DNA of 32,313 nucleotides from a virus. Its lineage: Duplodnaviria > Caudoviricetes. Location of the stretch: positions 1 to 32,313 of the IMG/VR virus record IMGVR_UViG_3300037721_000025. The stretch is one strand, 5' to 3'. Made by a program: the position numbers and the translations under genes. Each line of letters starts with the position of its first letter. Position 1 is the stretch's first letter. Under the pieces are notes generated by a model that saw only the letters and a list, made by a program, of their open reading frames with translations, was not told the DNA's origin and searched no databases. Below are positions 24,277 through 32,019 of this stretch, in pieces.

Positions 24277-25637
24277 GCTGGCACGTCCTCGAATTCGAAG
24301 GTGATGGGCTTCATGCGGCTCTCAGCCTGGATCATCTCGATGCAGCAACATGCGAGCCCGAACGAATCACTGCCGTGGCTGGACCAGTCATGATCTGGCC
24401 CAAGCCCTACTGCGCGCAATGGGTCTTTTTTCTCATGGTACCAGCCCAGCGCCTCCAGACCTGCGGCTACCGTGGGCTTTGAGTACGAGCCATCTGGCAA
24501 CAAAATCGCGTCTGTTGGCTCGTTGAACCAGATCGACGGGAACCACCTGCGGGCCGCTTCTATGCGCTTCTTTGCAGCACCCTTTCCCTGGTTGGGGACT
24601 ACCGTCACATCGTAGCCAGCGGCCTTTATGGCGCTCTGGTAGGACGTATCAAACACCTTGTCTCCCTGCTCGCCATCGTGAGGTAGCACAACCTGGCAGC
24701 GCTTGGGCTCGTAGCCGCGGCTCCTCATCCACTCCAGATGCGTGGCGAGCGGCTGGCCCACCGCCTCGTAATAGTCGAGCGCTCGGATCTCGAGCCCCAG
24801 GAACTGCATGATCCAAATAGACATCGCATCCGCCCGAAGGCCGGTGCCGCCGATGTCGAAAAATGCCCGCAGCGTAAGCAGCGGATCGGCTGGCACACGG
24901 CCTATGCGCCCCTCAGCCCGCGCTGTGTTGATTGAGGCGGCGTAGTAGGCGCCATCTAGCACCTTGACGTAGCCGCCCTCCCATATGTGATCGTACTGCT
25001 CGGGCTGCTGGCGCAGGCAGTCGAGGCGCTCCAGCTCCAGGTCCGTCGTGAGCCATGGGTTGTCCCGCCAGTTGGCCTTGACCACCGTGGAGCCGGTCGG
25101 CGGCTGCGCTCCTCTGAGCATCGCATCCACCGGATCAGTTTTGCGCCGAGGGTTCCAGCTGAACCATCGCTCACTGCCATCAGCGCGCAGGGTTGGGCGG
25201 TACAGGTTCAGCGAGTGCAGCGTTGCTGTCTGCGCCTCTTCCCACCACCCGCGCTTGAAGCCTTCGAGTGACTTGATGCTGTCGGCGGTGTAATCGTTCA
25301 TTCCCTTGAAGATGATTATCCCATCGCCCGGCACCTCAATCAGTTCCTTTCGTACCTTGAAGCCGTCAGCCTCCCCAACTCCGAAGTGCGAAAGCCGGCT
25401 CTCCAGCAGCAACTTGCTGGACTGCGCCAAGTCCTTCTGGACCTCGCGAATGCACACGCACCGCAAGCCCTCACCTGCGGAGTTGCCCGGCTCAGACAGG
25501 CAGTCCTCGATCATCGAGTCGGCGAAGAACGTGCTCTTTCCGCTCCCACGGCCACCCCACGCGCCTTTGTAGCGCGCGGGCTGCAGCAGTGGCTCGAATA
25601 CCTCAGCCGTTTCTATTTTCAGGCTTGACAATGACAC
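24273..25637 (-). CDS. terL: Terminase large subunit (PBSX/Terminase_3-like)
   Basis: Walker A GGRGSGKS, Walker B WWEEA, WNP, and nuclease motifs FDIG and SHGSDSF. Confidence 0.95.
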   Translation of the reverse strand: MSLSSLKIETAEVFEPLLQPARYKGAWGGRGSGKSTFFADSMIEDCLSEPGNSAGEGLRCVCIREVQKDLAQSSKLLLESRLSHFGVGEADGFKVRKELIEVPGDGIIIFKGMNDYTADSIKSLEGFKRGWWEEAQTATLHSLNLYRPTLRADGSERWFSWNPRRKTDPVDAMLRGAQPPTGSTVVKANWRDNPWLTTDLELERLDCLRQQPEQYDHIWEGGYVKVLDGAYYAASINTARAEGRIGRVPADPLLTLRAFFDIGGTGLRADAMSIWIMQFLGLEIRALDYYEAVGQPLATHLEWMRSRGYEPKRCQVVLPHDGEQGDKVFDTSYQSAIKAAGYDVTVVPNQGKGAAKKRIEAARRWFPSIWFNEPTDAILLPDGSYSKPTVAAGLEALGWYHEKKDPLRAVGLGPDHDWSSHGSDSFGLACCCIEMIQAESRMKPITFEFEDVPA

Positions 25638-25905
25638 GCTCTATCCTTTGGACGCGAACCGGACCGCCACCCTCGCCCGTGACCTCGGTTCTGGCGAGCT
25701 TCGGCACGTGGTACTCGATGACGTCTGCCATGCATTTCCAGGCGACCAGCGGACCATGCTCTTTGGCAATCTCCTCAAGCCAAGCCTGCATCCTGGGCGC
25801 ATTGTCATCGACGAGCTTTGCGATTGCCTCACGGGCGTTCGCTGTCGCCTTGTTGGGCGAGCCCTTTGGTCTGCCCGCGCCTGGTTGTTTTCCGCCTTTT
25901 GCCAT
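25603..25905 (-). CDS. terS: Terminase small subunit
   Basis: GAGRPKGSPNK N-terminus, E-TG-GGGP C-terminus, directly upstream of terL. Confidence 0.85.
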   Translation of the reverse strand: MAKGGKQPGAGRPKGSPNKATANAREAIAKLVDDNAPRMQAWLEEIAKEHGPLVAWKCMADVIEYHVPKLARTEVTGEGGGPVRVQRIERVIVKPENRNG

Positions 25906-25939
25906 GTTTTTTCCAGATTCTAAATCTTGTAACGACTGA

Positions 25940-26236
25940 TTATGCTATTTCGCCAAGCGCCCGAAGCGCCTCCTCGGCTGTGGTGACATACGGCGTCCCG
26001 GTTCGCTTGCAGAACTCCGCCTGGGTGCGCTGACGCTTGTCCAGCAGCACCTGATTTGACTTCTTGGACCTGCGCGTCTTGGCCTCGATCAGCGCGAGCT
26101 TGCCGTCCCTGCGCCGGCGGCACAGCAGGTCAACCGGCAGATGCCTGAACACCTCCCAGCCGGCCTTATCGAGCGCGTCGATGATCTCGGCCTGGCTGAG
26201 GTCCACGCGGTGCCTTGCGTACTGGGGGCGGGGCAT
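25940..26236 (-). CDS. PD-(D/E)xK nuclease (VRR-NUC/resolvase-like)
   Basis: R-D--Q-EI--AL---G...P-DLL...IEAK...Q--F...EEAL pattern. Confidence 0.75.
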   Translation of the reverse strand: MPRPQYARHRVDLSQAEIIDALDKAGWEVFRHLPVDLLCRRRRDGKLALIEAKTRRSKKSNQVLLDKRQRTQAEFCKRTGTPYVTTAEEALRALGEIA

Positions 26237-26424
26237 CAGACGCGCTCCGTGTAGTCTATGAAGTCGATGCTGTGAGGGCCGTCGATGCGATGCGCCCATT
26301 TCGGCTCCACGCCGTCCTCGTTGTCCCGGCTTTTAAGGAACCGCGCCCACTGCTCCTGTCGCTTCGACTGGATGACGTAGTGATGTCCATCGTCATCCAT
26401 GACTATGCAAAACGGGCCTTTCAT
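26236..26424 (-). CDS. Hypothetical phage protein (DDDGHHYVI motif)
   Basis: ATG 26424 with AGGGG SD, coupled. Confidence 0.7.
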   Translation of the reverse strand: MKGPFCIVMDDDGHHYVIQSKRQEQWARFLKSRDNEDGVEPKWAHRIDGPHSIDFIDYTERV

Positions 26425-26516
26425 TGCCCGCCCCTCTGCATGTGCTCCCAGCGCTCCAGGCACTGGTAGCGCTTGTAGCCATCGGCCTCGCAAGCGGCGA
26501 GCCATTCACGGGTCAT
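26421..26516 (-). CDS. 31 aa peptide
   Basis: MTREWLAACEADGYKRYQCLERWEHMQRGGQ*, ATGA overlaps at both ends. Confidence 0.5.
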   Translation of the reverse strand: MTREWLAACEADGYKRYQCLERWEHMQRGGQ

Positions 26517-26755
26517 ATGTCATCCTCGCTTGGCGCGTGAAACATCATGGCGTTCTCGGGCAGCGCAGGCCGACCCCGGAAGCGTGCGTTGAGGTCTTCC
26601 CGGATTCCAACACGCGATGCTCCTGGGCATGGACGAGAATCCGAGGTGTTATTCCGGATTCGTCCGCAAACCGAGCAGTGCGGCCATTTCACAGGGCCTT
26701 TCGGTCCAGCCCATTGGCATAGCCTCATATCGGGCGCGCCCTGGGGGCGGGGCAT
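26513..26755 (-). CDS. Hypothetical Cys-containing protein
   Basis: HCSVCG...CPG motif; GGAG SD. Confidence 0.6.
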   Translation of the reverse strand: MPRPQGAPDMRLCQWAGPKGPVKWPHCSVCGRIRNNTSDSRPCPGASRVGIREDLNARFRGRPALPENAMMFHAPSEDDI

Positions 26756-26991
26756 TAGACGAAAGCTCCGCCATATGATTTAGCCCAATGCACGCACACG
26801 CCGAGCAGCGTAACGCGGCAATAGTTCCTGGCTCGCTCGATCCTAAACAGACTGGCAACCAGCGCGACCGTGAACTTCCAACTGTAGTGCCCGCCACCCT
26901 TGCCCACGGACGGACTGCCTCCGATCAGGCGAAAGACCCTGAACTTCCGCTCTTCTGGAGACCAAGTACCAACCAGTTTGAGTTTCATCAT
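26755..26991 (-). CDS. Hypothetical protein
   Basis: AGGA SD, coupled. Confidence 0.6.
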   Translation of the reverse strand: MMKLKLVGTWSPEERKFRVFRLIGGSPSVGKGGGHYSWKFTVALVASLFRIERARNYCRVTLLGVCVHWAKSYGGAFV

Positions 26992-27311
26992 CGAATCCTG
27001 TTGGTTGAGTCCAGTTGTCTCAGGCCTTGACCTGCGGCTACGCCAGAGATGAGCCCGCCAATCGCCTCGCCCTGGGCGTACGACTCCCTGCGGTATCGGT
27101 CCAGCAAATAACCGAGCACAGCCTGGGCCTGATATTTGTTCAGGCCGGCATGCTCGATCAACTTGCGGCAGCCGATGATCGCGTCTGTTTCGGGGTCCTG
27201 ATAAGGGTCCTTCTGCGCCTCCCGCTCAATGCGCACATGAGCCTCTAAGCCGTCCAGCTGTTGGGTGGCCCCGCACATCCCGTGAATCACATCTGCTCCG
27301 TGGTGGTACAT
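26988..27311 (-). CDS. Hypothetical protein
   Basis: GGAG SD, 107 aa. Confidence 0.65.
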   Translation of the reverse strand: MYHHGADVIHGMCGATQQLDGLEAHVRIEREAQKDPYQDPETDAIIGCRKLIEHAGLNKYQAQAVLGYLLDRYRRESYAQGEAIGGLISGVAAGQGLRQLDSTNRIR

Positions 27312-27405
27312 GTCTCATCTCCGTTGGCCGCAGTCGCGGCAGTCTTGCGAGCTCTCACAGGTTGCAGCAGCGCGTTCGCTGGGAGTGTCCGGGCCTGGCA
27401 CGCGG

Positions 27406-27522
27406 CTATGCACCGTGCCAGTGCCTCAGGCCCATACCCAGCATCCATGCAGCCGCTCCGAGCACCACGTAGGGCTGCGGCTCGTACTGGGCCAGGAACT
27501 CGGCTTCGGTCGGCTTTCTCAC
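27406..27522 (-). CDS. 38 aa peptide with hydrophobic C-terminus
   Basis: GTG coupled to the 27519 stop; MRKPTEAEFLAQYEPQPYVVLGAAAWMLGMGLRHWHGA*. Confidence 0.45.
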   Translation of the reverse strand: MRKPTEAEFLAQYEPQPYVVLGAAAWMLGMGLRHWHGA

Positions 27523-27746
27523 TCCATCCCCCTCTGCTGCAGCTCATGCAATCCGCGATCGAGGTTTCTTTCCGCCTCGGCGAAAGACAGGCCAAGCCAA
27601 TCTAGACCGCGCTCCTCGCTTTGGTACATGTATCCACCCGAGTTTCCACACATCTCCAGCGCAGGACCGATCGGCTCCCACCACACTTTCACCTTGGTGT
27701 GACCCATAGCCTCCAGGCGTATTCTGATTTTTTCGGTCCGCTTCAT
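27519..27746 (-). CDS. Hypothetical protein
   Basis: ATGA coupling with the primase-helicase. Confidence 0.7.
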   Translation of the reverse strand: MKRTEKIRIRLEAMGHTKVKVWWEPIGPALEMCGNSGGYMYQSEERGLDWLGLSFAEAERNLDRGLHELQQRGME

Positions 27747-29563
27747 CGCAAGTCCCTCTGCTGCAGCTCGGCGTAGGCGGTCAGCACCTTCGGCTTGTGC
27801 TCGAAATAGGCGCTCTCAGGCACAGATGGCGATGACCAAGGATCTGCATTCATCGGTCCGCGGTACTCCTCGTAGTCGGCCAGCACGCGGTTGTAGCGGA
27901 AGTCGGTCTGACCGATCTCGCCGGTCTCACGCAGACGAACCTTTTGGGTGTGCACCTCAACTGGCGCGTCCGGCTGACTCTTGTCGCGATGAACCACCAG
28001 CCCGTTGTCTGGCTTGTTGTACCAATGCGCACTCGCGGCGATGTCGTACAGAGTCGGCATCGGGAACTTGCCATCCTTGCCGCGGTAGAGCTTCGCCGGG
28101 TGCGCCACGATCCAGATATGCAGCATCGTGCGACGCGCGAACTGACGGACGCGCTTCAGGGACTTGCCGATGTACTCAGTTTCGGTGATGTGCGCCGGCC
28201 GGCTGTGCTCGAGTTCGTTCCAAGGGTCGATGACCAGCCCCTTGATCCCATGGCGCAGCAGCAGCTGTTCGGCAATCTGGAAGATGTTATCCAAGGTCCA
28301 GTCGGAATCATCTTCGGGGGCGATCATCGGGAAGTACCACGACACCCATTCCAGGGCCTCAGCTGCGCGCTCAGGGGACATCCGCTTGGTAGGCCCTGCC
28401 CTGAATGGCTGGCGGGCAAACTTCTCCATCAGGCGACTCGCGTGCTTTCGCAGCGGGGCATTCTCGGGCGAGAACATCGCGATTTTCCAATCGTGGTTGC
28501 TGGCCATGTTTACGGCGAGGGCGTCCACGAAATTCGACTTGCCGGCGCCGGGTGTGCCGGTGATGACCGTCACTTCGCCGGGCTGCACGGTGTAGCACTT
28601 GTCGAAGCCTGGCCATCCAGTCGACAGGCCGCGGGACTCGCCCTGCTGGTACAGCAGCTCCATGTCGCGCTTGAGCTGGTTAAGGTACACCGCCCCGCGG
28701 ATCGGGTACTCGGCGGCAGTCTCCAGGCAGTTTCGCAGTTTCGCCGCACCGTGCTTGCAGAGCACGTCGTTCGCGTCCTTGCAGCCCTCCGGCCAGGTGA
28801 CGCGCCGGCACTTGCCGACACCGAAGCGCCGCACGAGCTCCTCCTCGAGCCGGGTTCCGGGTGCGTCGTTGTCGACCGCGATCACCCACTGCTGGACGTG
28901 CTCGAGCACTTCGGCTGCGGAGTCCAGGAAGGTGAACTTGCTGTCGTAGTTTTTCGCGTTGATCGCCGGCGCGCCGTCCGGCACCGACACGCACGAGGTG
29001 AGGCCGGCTTCCTCGACAGAAAGCTTGTCCACCTCGCCCTCGACGATCACTACGCGCACGGGATCGATGTCGTTCAGGCCGTAGAGCACGCGCTCGGCGC
29101 CGGCCTCCATGCGGAAGTTTTTCTCCTTGTCGCGGTACTTGGCGTTGATCAGCTCTTCACCGCGGTAGTACGGGAAGCAGATCGCCTTCACCGTGTCTTC
29201 GACCTGCGGCATGTAGACGCTGCAGGCATGGACCTTGTTACGACGGAGCACGCCACCGGAAATGCTGCGCGTGGCGAAGTACTGCAGCATGCCGCTGTCG
29301 TGCGCTTCCGGCAGTTCCCTGGCGGCCGGGCGGGTGTAGACGGGCTTTTGCCAGTGCAGATCGTTGCGGTGAGCGCCGGTGCCCAGGCCGCCCGAATATC
29401 CGCAATGGGCGCAGAGCCACGCGCCCTTCTCGATGTTCACCGAGAGACAGCGGGTGTTTTTCTTCTTCCGCTGCGGCGAGCATTCCGGGCAGGTGACATC
29501 GATCTCGCCCGATGCGCCACCGGGAATTACGATTCTGAAATCTGAGAATTTTTTCGTTGTCAT
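27743..29563 (-). CDS. Twinkle/T7 gp4-like DNA primase-helicase
   Basis: Zn finger CPEC...CAHC, TOPRIM motifs EGEVD and DND, KDAND, SF4 Walker A GTPGAGKS, IDPWN, VAHP, K-R finger. Confidence 0.95.
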   Translation of the reverse strand: MTTKKFSDFRIVIPGGASGEIDVTCPECSPQRKKKNTRCLSVNIEKGAWLCAHCGYSGGLGTGAHRNDLHWQKPVYTRPAARELPEAHDSGMLQYFATRSISGGVLRRNKVHACSVYMPQVEDTVKAICFPYYRGEELINAKYRDKEKNFRMEAGAERVLYGLNDIDPVRVVIVEGEVDKLSVEEAGLTSCVSVPDGAPAINAKNYDSKFTFLDSAAEVLEHVQQWVIAVDNDAPGTRLEEELVRRFGVGKCRRVTWPEGCKDANDVLCKHGAAKLRNCLETAAEYPIRGAVYLNQLKRDMELLYQQGESRGLSTGWPGFDKCYTVQPGEVTVITGTPGAGKSNFVDALAVNMASNHDWKIAMFSPENAPLRKHASRLMEKFARQPFRAGPTKRMSPERAAEALEWVSWYFPMIAPEDDSDWTLDNIFQIAEQLLLRHGIKGLVIDPWNELEHSRPAHITETEYIGKSLKRVRQFARRTMLHIWIVAHPAKLYRGKDGKFPMPTLYDIAASAHWYNKPDNGLVVHRDKSQPDAPVEVHTQKVRLRETGEIGQTDFRYNRVLADYEEYRGPMNADPWSSPSVPESAYFEHKPKVLTAYAELQQRDLR

Positions 29564-30264
29564 GCTGGTGCGTTCCTGATCGGCCTATGTGCGCCGTTAG
29601 ATTTTGGGTACTGACCGGATGCCCAGTGGCCAGAGTTGGGCGCGCAGTTGCGGATGAACTCCTGCAAGGCTCGGCGCCAATCGCAGTAGGTCCAGCCTTT
29701 CGCGAGCGCTTTGGATTTGAAGCTTTCGAAAAGCTCTGACGGATTTACGCCTGGCAGATGTTCCAAGGCATACGCCGCAAGTGAGGTGTCGAGAGAGAAT
29801 CCGTCCGGGATGGTGGTCTTGTGCGGCGCTGCCTTTCGGGCGGTGGCGGGCCTCTTCCGGTTCCTTGATGGTTCAACTGATGGTTCTATGATGGTTATGG
29901 GTGCACGACGTGCCGGGGTCCCCGGCACGACGTGCCGGGGTACCCCTGCATCAGGTGCCGGGGGGGTAGGCACCAGGTGCACCCCTGCACCAGGTGCACC
30001 CCTGCACGACGTGCCGGGGTGGATGCTGTAGGTTGAGCTTCGGCCAGAGCGCTCGTTGATGCTGATATGGCCCTCTTGGGAGAGTTCGCCGATGCACTTT
30101 CGTACGATACGGATGCTCAGGCTGCACTTCTTGGCAATCGTCGGAACGGACGGAAAGCAGCCGGTGCCGACATCATTGGCGCAGTCAGCAAGCGCGAGCA
30201 GCACGAACTTCTTGGTCGGCTGCAGATCCATATCCCACACGACCGACATCAGTTTGACGCTCAT
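29560..30264 (-). CDS. Phage replication initiator (N-terminal wHTH, lambda O/replisome-organiser-like)
   Basis: K-VLLALAD-A...CFPSV-TIA--C HTH, repetitive linker, EPS-EP, C-terminal IP--F...F...DW domain. ATG 30264. Confidence 0.88.
   Translation of the reverse strand: MSVKLMSVVWDMDLQPTKKFVLLALADCANDVGTGCFPSVPTIAKKCSLSIRIVRKCIGELSQEGHISINERSGRSSTYSIHPGTSCRGAPGAGVHLVPTPPAPDAGVPRHVVPGTPARRAPITIIEPSVEPSRNRKRPATARKAAPHKTTIPDGFSLDTSLAAYALEHLPGVNPSELFESFKSKALAKGWTYCDWRRALQEFIRNCAPNSGHWASGQYPKSNGAHRPIRNAPA
29903..30020. repeat. Iteron-like array / putative replication origin inside the initiator gene
   Basis: Six GCAY-N3-GTGC palindromic cores at 29903, 29925, 29948, 29970, 29987 and 30004. Three identical 17-mers GCACGACGTGCCGGGGT and two GCACCAGGTGCACCCCT. 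Confidence 0.8.
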
Positions 30265-30461
30265 CCTTGATCGCGCTCCAGGTCCAATCTGACCGCCGCC
30301 GCATCCTGAGCCGCAAAAAACGCATTCCCGGTGAAGCAACGGCAGTGGATAAAGTCGCGATGGAATTCATCGATGTTAGCGCCGATGCGACTCGATGCAT
30401 TCGGGCACCAGTGCGCGTACACCGGCAGCTGCTCTGGTTGTAGCGACAGCTCTGCGCTCAT
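30261..30461 (-). CDS. Hypothetical protein
   Basis: ATGA coupling at both ends. Confidence 0.6.
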   Translation of the reverse strand: MSAELSLQPEQLPVYAHWCPNASSRIGANIDEFHRDFIHCRCFTGNAFFAAQDAAAVRLDLERDQG

Positions 30462-30664
30462 GCTTTCCCAGCCTGTACATGCAAATCGGCCAGCCGCGCC
30501 AGGACCTCGAGCTCATCCGTGGCCAGTGCCGCGGTTCGCCCGCGGATCTTGATCAGCCTGCGCACGTAGTCGAGCTCTACACCGGTCAGAGTGATGGCGG
30601 CTGCCAGCTCTGGATCGATTTCCAGCTCGGCGGCCAGCGTCACGGCGTCTTGGGGTTCTCTCAC
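30458..30664 (-). CDS. Hypothetical protein
   Basis: GGAGG SD, GTGA coupling. Confidence 0.65.
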   Translation of the reverse strand: MREPQDAVTLAAELEIDPELAAAITLTGVELDYVRRLIKIRGRTAALATDELEVLARLADLHVQAGKA

Positions 30665-31020
30665 AGACGAGCCTCCGTCGCCTCTCGCGCCACAGCGTCA
30701 GCGCGGGTGTGGCCGTTCGATACATGCTGAACCGCGTACCAGATGCCGAGTTGGCCGTGAGTTTTGAGCCGGTACATCGCCATGAGAGACCGGATCGCGT
30801 GGCCAACGCTCTGCGGCTCGATGTGCATCAGCTGGGCAATGCGCTTGAAGCACAGCCCCTCGACGCAGTAGAGCCTGGCGATCTCCAGGCGGCGCGCAGC
30901 ACATCGACGCGTCCATGTGTTGTCGGCTGCCGTTCCCTTCGTCTTGCGCGGGATGCTGTCGATGCGGCGCGGGAGCTTTGGAGCCGACGACTTACCGCCA
31001 TGCCAGGGCTGGGCTTTCAT
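30661..31020 (-). CDS. LuxR/sigma70-region-4-type HTH regulator
   Basis: R-EIARL---G---K-IA--M-I----V------L------K----L pattern. Confidence 0.75.
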   Translation of the reverse strand: MKAQPWHGGKSSAPKLPRRIDSIPRKTKGTAADNTWTRRCAARRLEIARLYCVEGLCFKRIAQLMHIEPQSVGHAIRSLMAMYRLKTHGQLGIWYAVQHVSNGHTRADAVAREATEARL

Positions 31021-31130
31021 GCCTGCACCTGCTCAGTCACCAAGCTCCGATAGCAGCTCTCCCCACAGACCTGCCACGGACCTCTGAGGCAATGGCCGCA
31101 GACGACGCAGACGTAAGCGAATTCGGTCAC
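31017..31130 (-). CDS. 37 aa Cys-rich peptide
   Basis: MTEFAYVCVVCGHCLRGPWQVCGESCYRSLVTEQVQA*; GAGGTG SD, coupled at both ends. Confidence 0.55.
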   Translation of the reverse strand: MTEFAYVCVVCGHCLRGPWQVCGESCYRSLVTEQVQA

Positions 31131-31312
31131 TGCATCACCTCACTCTCGAAGTTGGATAGGAACCCAGCCGCGTCCTGAGCGTGCCAGTGCGGAGAGAAAT
31201 CCCAGGGCACCACTCGGTCACCGGGGTACGCGCACGCGGCTACAGCGGCCTCCAGGGACGGAGCTGCGAAGTATTCGCAGGTGTCGTCTCTGCTCACGGC
31301 CCAGAGGCTCAT
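31127..31312 (-). CDS. Hypothetical protein
   Basis: ATG 31312 coupled to the upstream stop. Confidence 0.6.
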   Translation of the reverse strand: MSLWAVSRDDTCEYFAAPSLEAAVAACAYPGDRVVPWDFSPHWHAQDAAGFLSNFESEVMQ

Positions 31313-31503
31313 GGCAGGTACTCGACTTTCCAAGCGGGATGTAGCGTCATCGGTCTGGACATGCCATCAAACTTGACGCGCAGGTATTGCTGCCGAGATC
31401 CAACAATCACACCCACTGCTGGCAAGTTACCGCCAGAGAATCGCACGCGCGCGCCACGCCTGGCCGGCACGCCGTAGCACTGACGGATGTATTGCATGCT
31501 CAT
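31309..31503 (-). CDS. Conserved small phage protein (SH3-like)
   Basis: YIR--YGVPA-RG-RV...G-I-G...YL-V--DG...HP-W--EYL motif. Confidence 0.75.
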   Translation of the reverse strand: MSMQYIRQCYGVPARRGARVRFSGGNLPAVGVIVGSRQQYLRVKFDGMSRPMTLHPAWKVEYLP

Positions 31504-31748
31504 GCTTTGGGCTCCTCGGCCTTGCGCAGGACTTCGCGCCAGTCAACCGGCGGCGTTACTTTTGACGGGTCTCGGGCATGCGACCAAATATCTCGTGTGG
31601 CCCGAATGCGTTTTTCGGCCTTGCCAGTTCGCCTTTGGTAGGCCTGCGAATTGAGCAAAGACTCACAGCCTGCACAGTAGCCACGAGTTCGATTGGCGCC
31701 GGTGACTGCCGGGATAACACCGCAGCGCGCGCACATGCCGTTGCTCAT
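31500..31748 (-). CDS. Zn-finger hypothetical protein
   Basis: CARC...YCAGC; ATG 31748. Confidence 0.65.
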   Translation of the reverse strand: MSNGMCARCGVIPAVTGANRTRGYCAGCESLLNSQAYQRRTGKAEKRIRATRDIWSHARDPSKVTPPVDWREVLRKAEEPKA

Positions 31749-31759
31749 CCCCGCGCCCC

Positions 31760-31790
31760 AAAAAAGTCGGGCGACGACAGCCATCGCCCG
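31760..31790 (-). terminator. Putative intrinsic terminator
   Basis: On the minus strand CGGGCGA-N9-TCGCCCG is followed by ACTTTTTT. Confidence 0.55.
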
Positions 31791-31824
31791 CAGGGGTCGC
31801 AAGCCTCTGCTTGCGGGGAGGAAC

Positions 31825-32019
31825 TCAGTTGAACCGAGAGATGCGCTCGAAAAGAACGGTGCTGTAGTCGCGCATGTGTCCGCACTGCCGCTGCAGCGCA
31901 TTCCTCTCGATGTCCGAGAGGCATTCGAAGCCAGGCGCCACGATGAAGGCTCCGAGCCTTGAGAGCTTTTCGTCCAGCGCTGACTTCTCGTCGATGACTC
32001 TCTGTTGCCAATCTTGCAT
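31825..32019 (-). CDS. crAss001_48-related helical protein
   Basis: Q-RV-DEK--LD-KL--L--FI...L--Q---M--YS--L--RI--F; GGAGG SD before ATG 32019. Confidence 0.8.
   Translation of the reverse strand: MQDWQQRVIDEKSALDEKLSRLGAFIVAPGFECLSDIERNALQRQCGHMRDYSTVLFERISRFN

Noticed and set aside
27944-29545. 533 aa plus-strand ORF, and similar long antisense ORFs at 14944-16047, 18399-19631 and 21485-22237
   Set aside because: They are shadows of well-supported minus-strand genes in high-GC DNA, with no motifs and no coupling to neighbours.
30456-31508. GCTCATGCTTT repeated at two junctions (30456 and 31498)
   Set aside because: Only 11 nt including the obligatory ATGA and 1 kb apart, so too weak to count alone.
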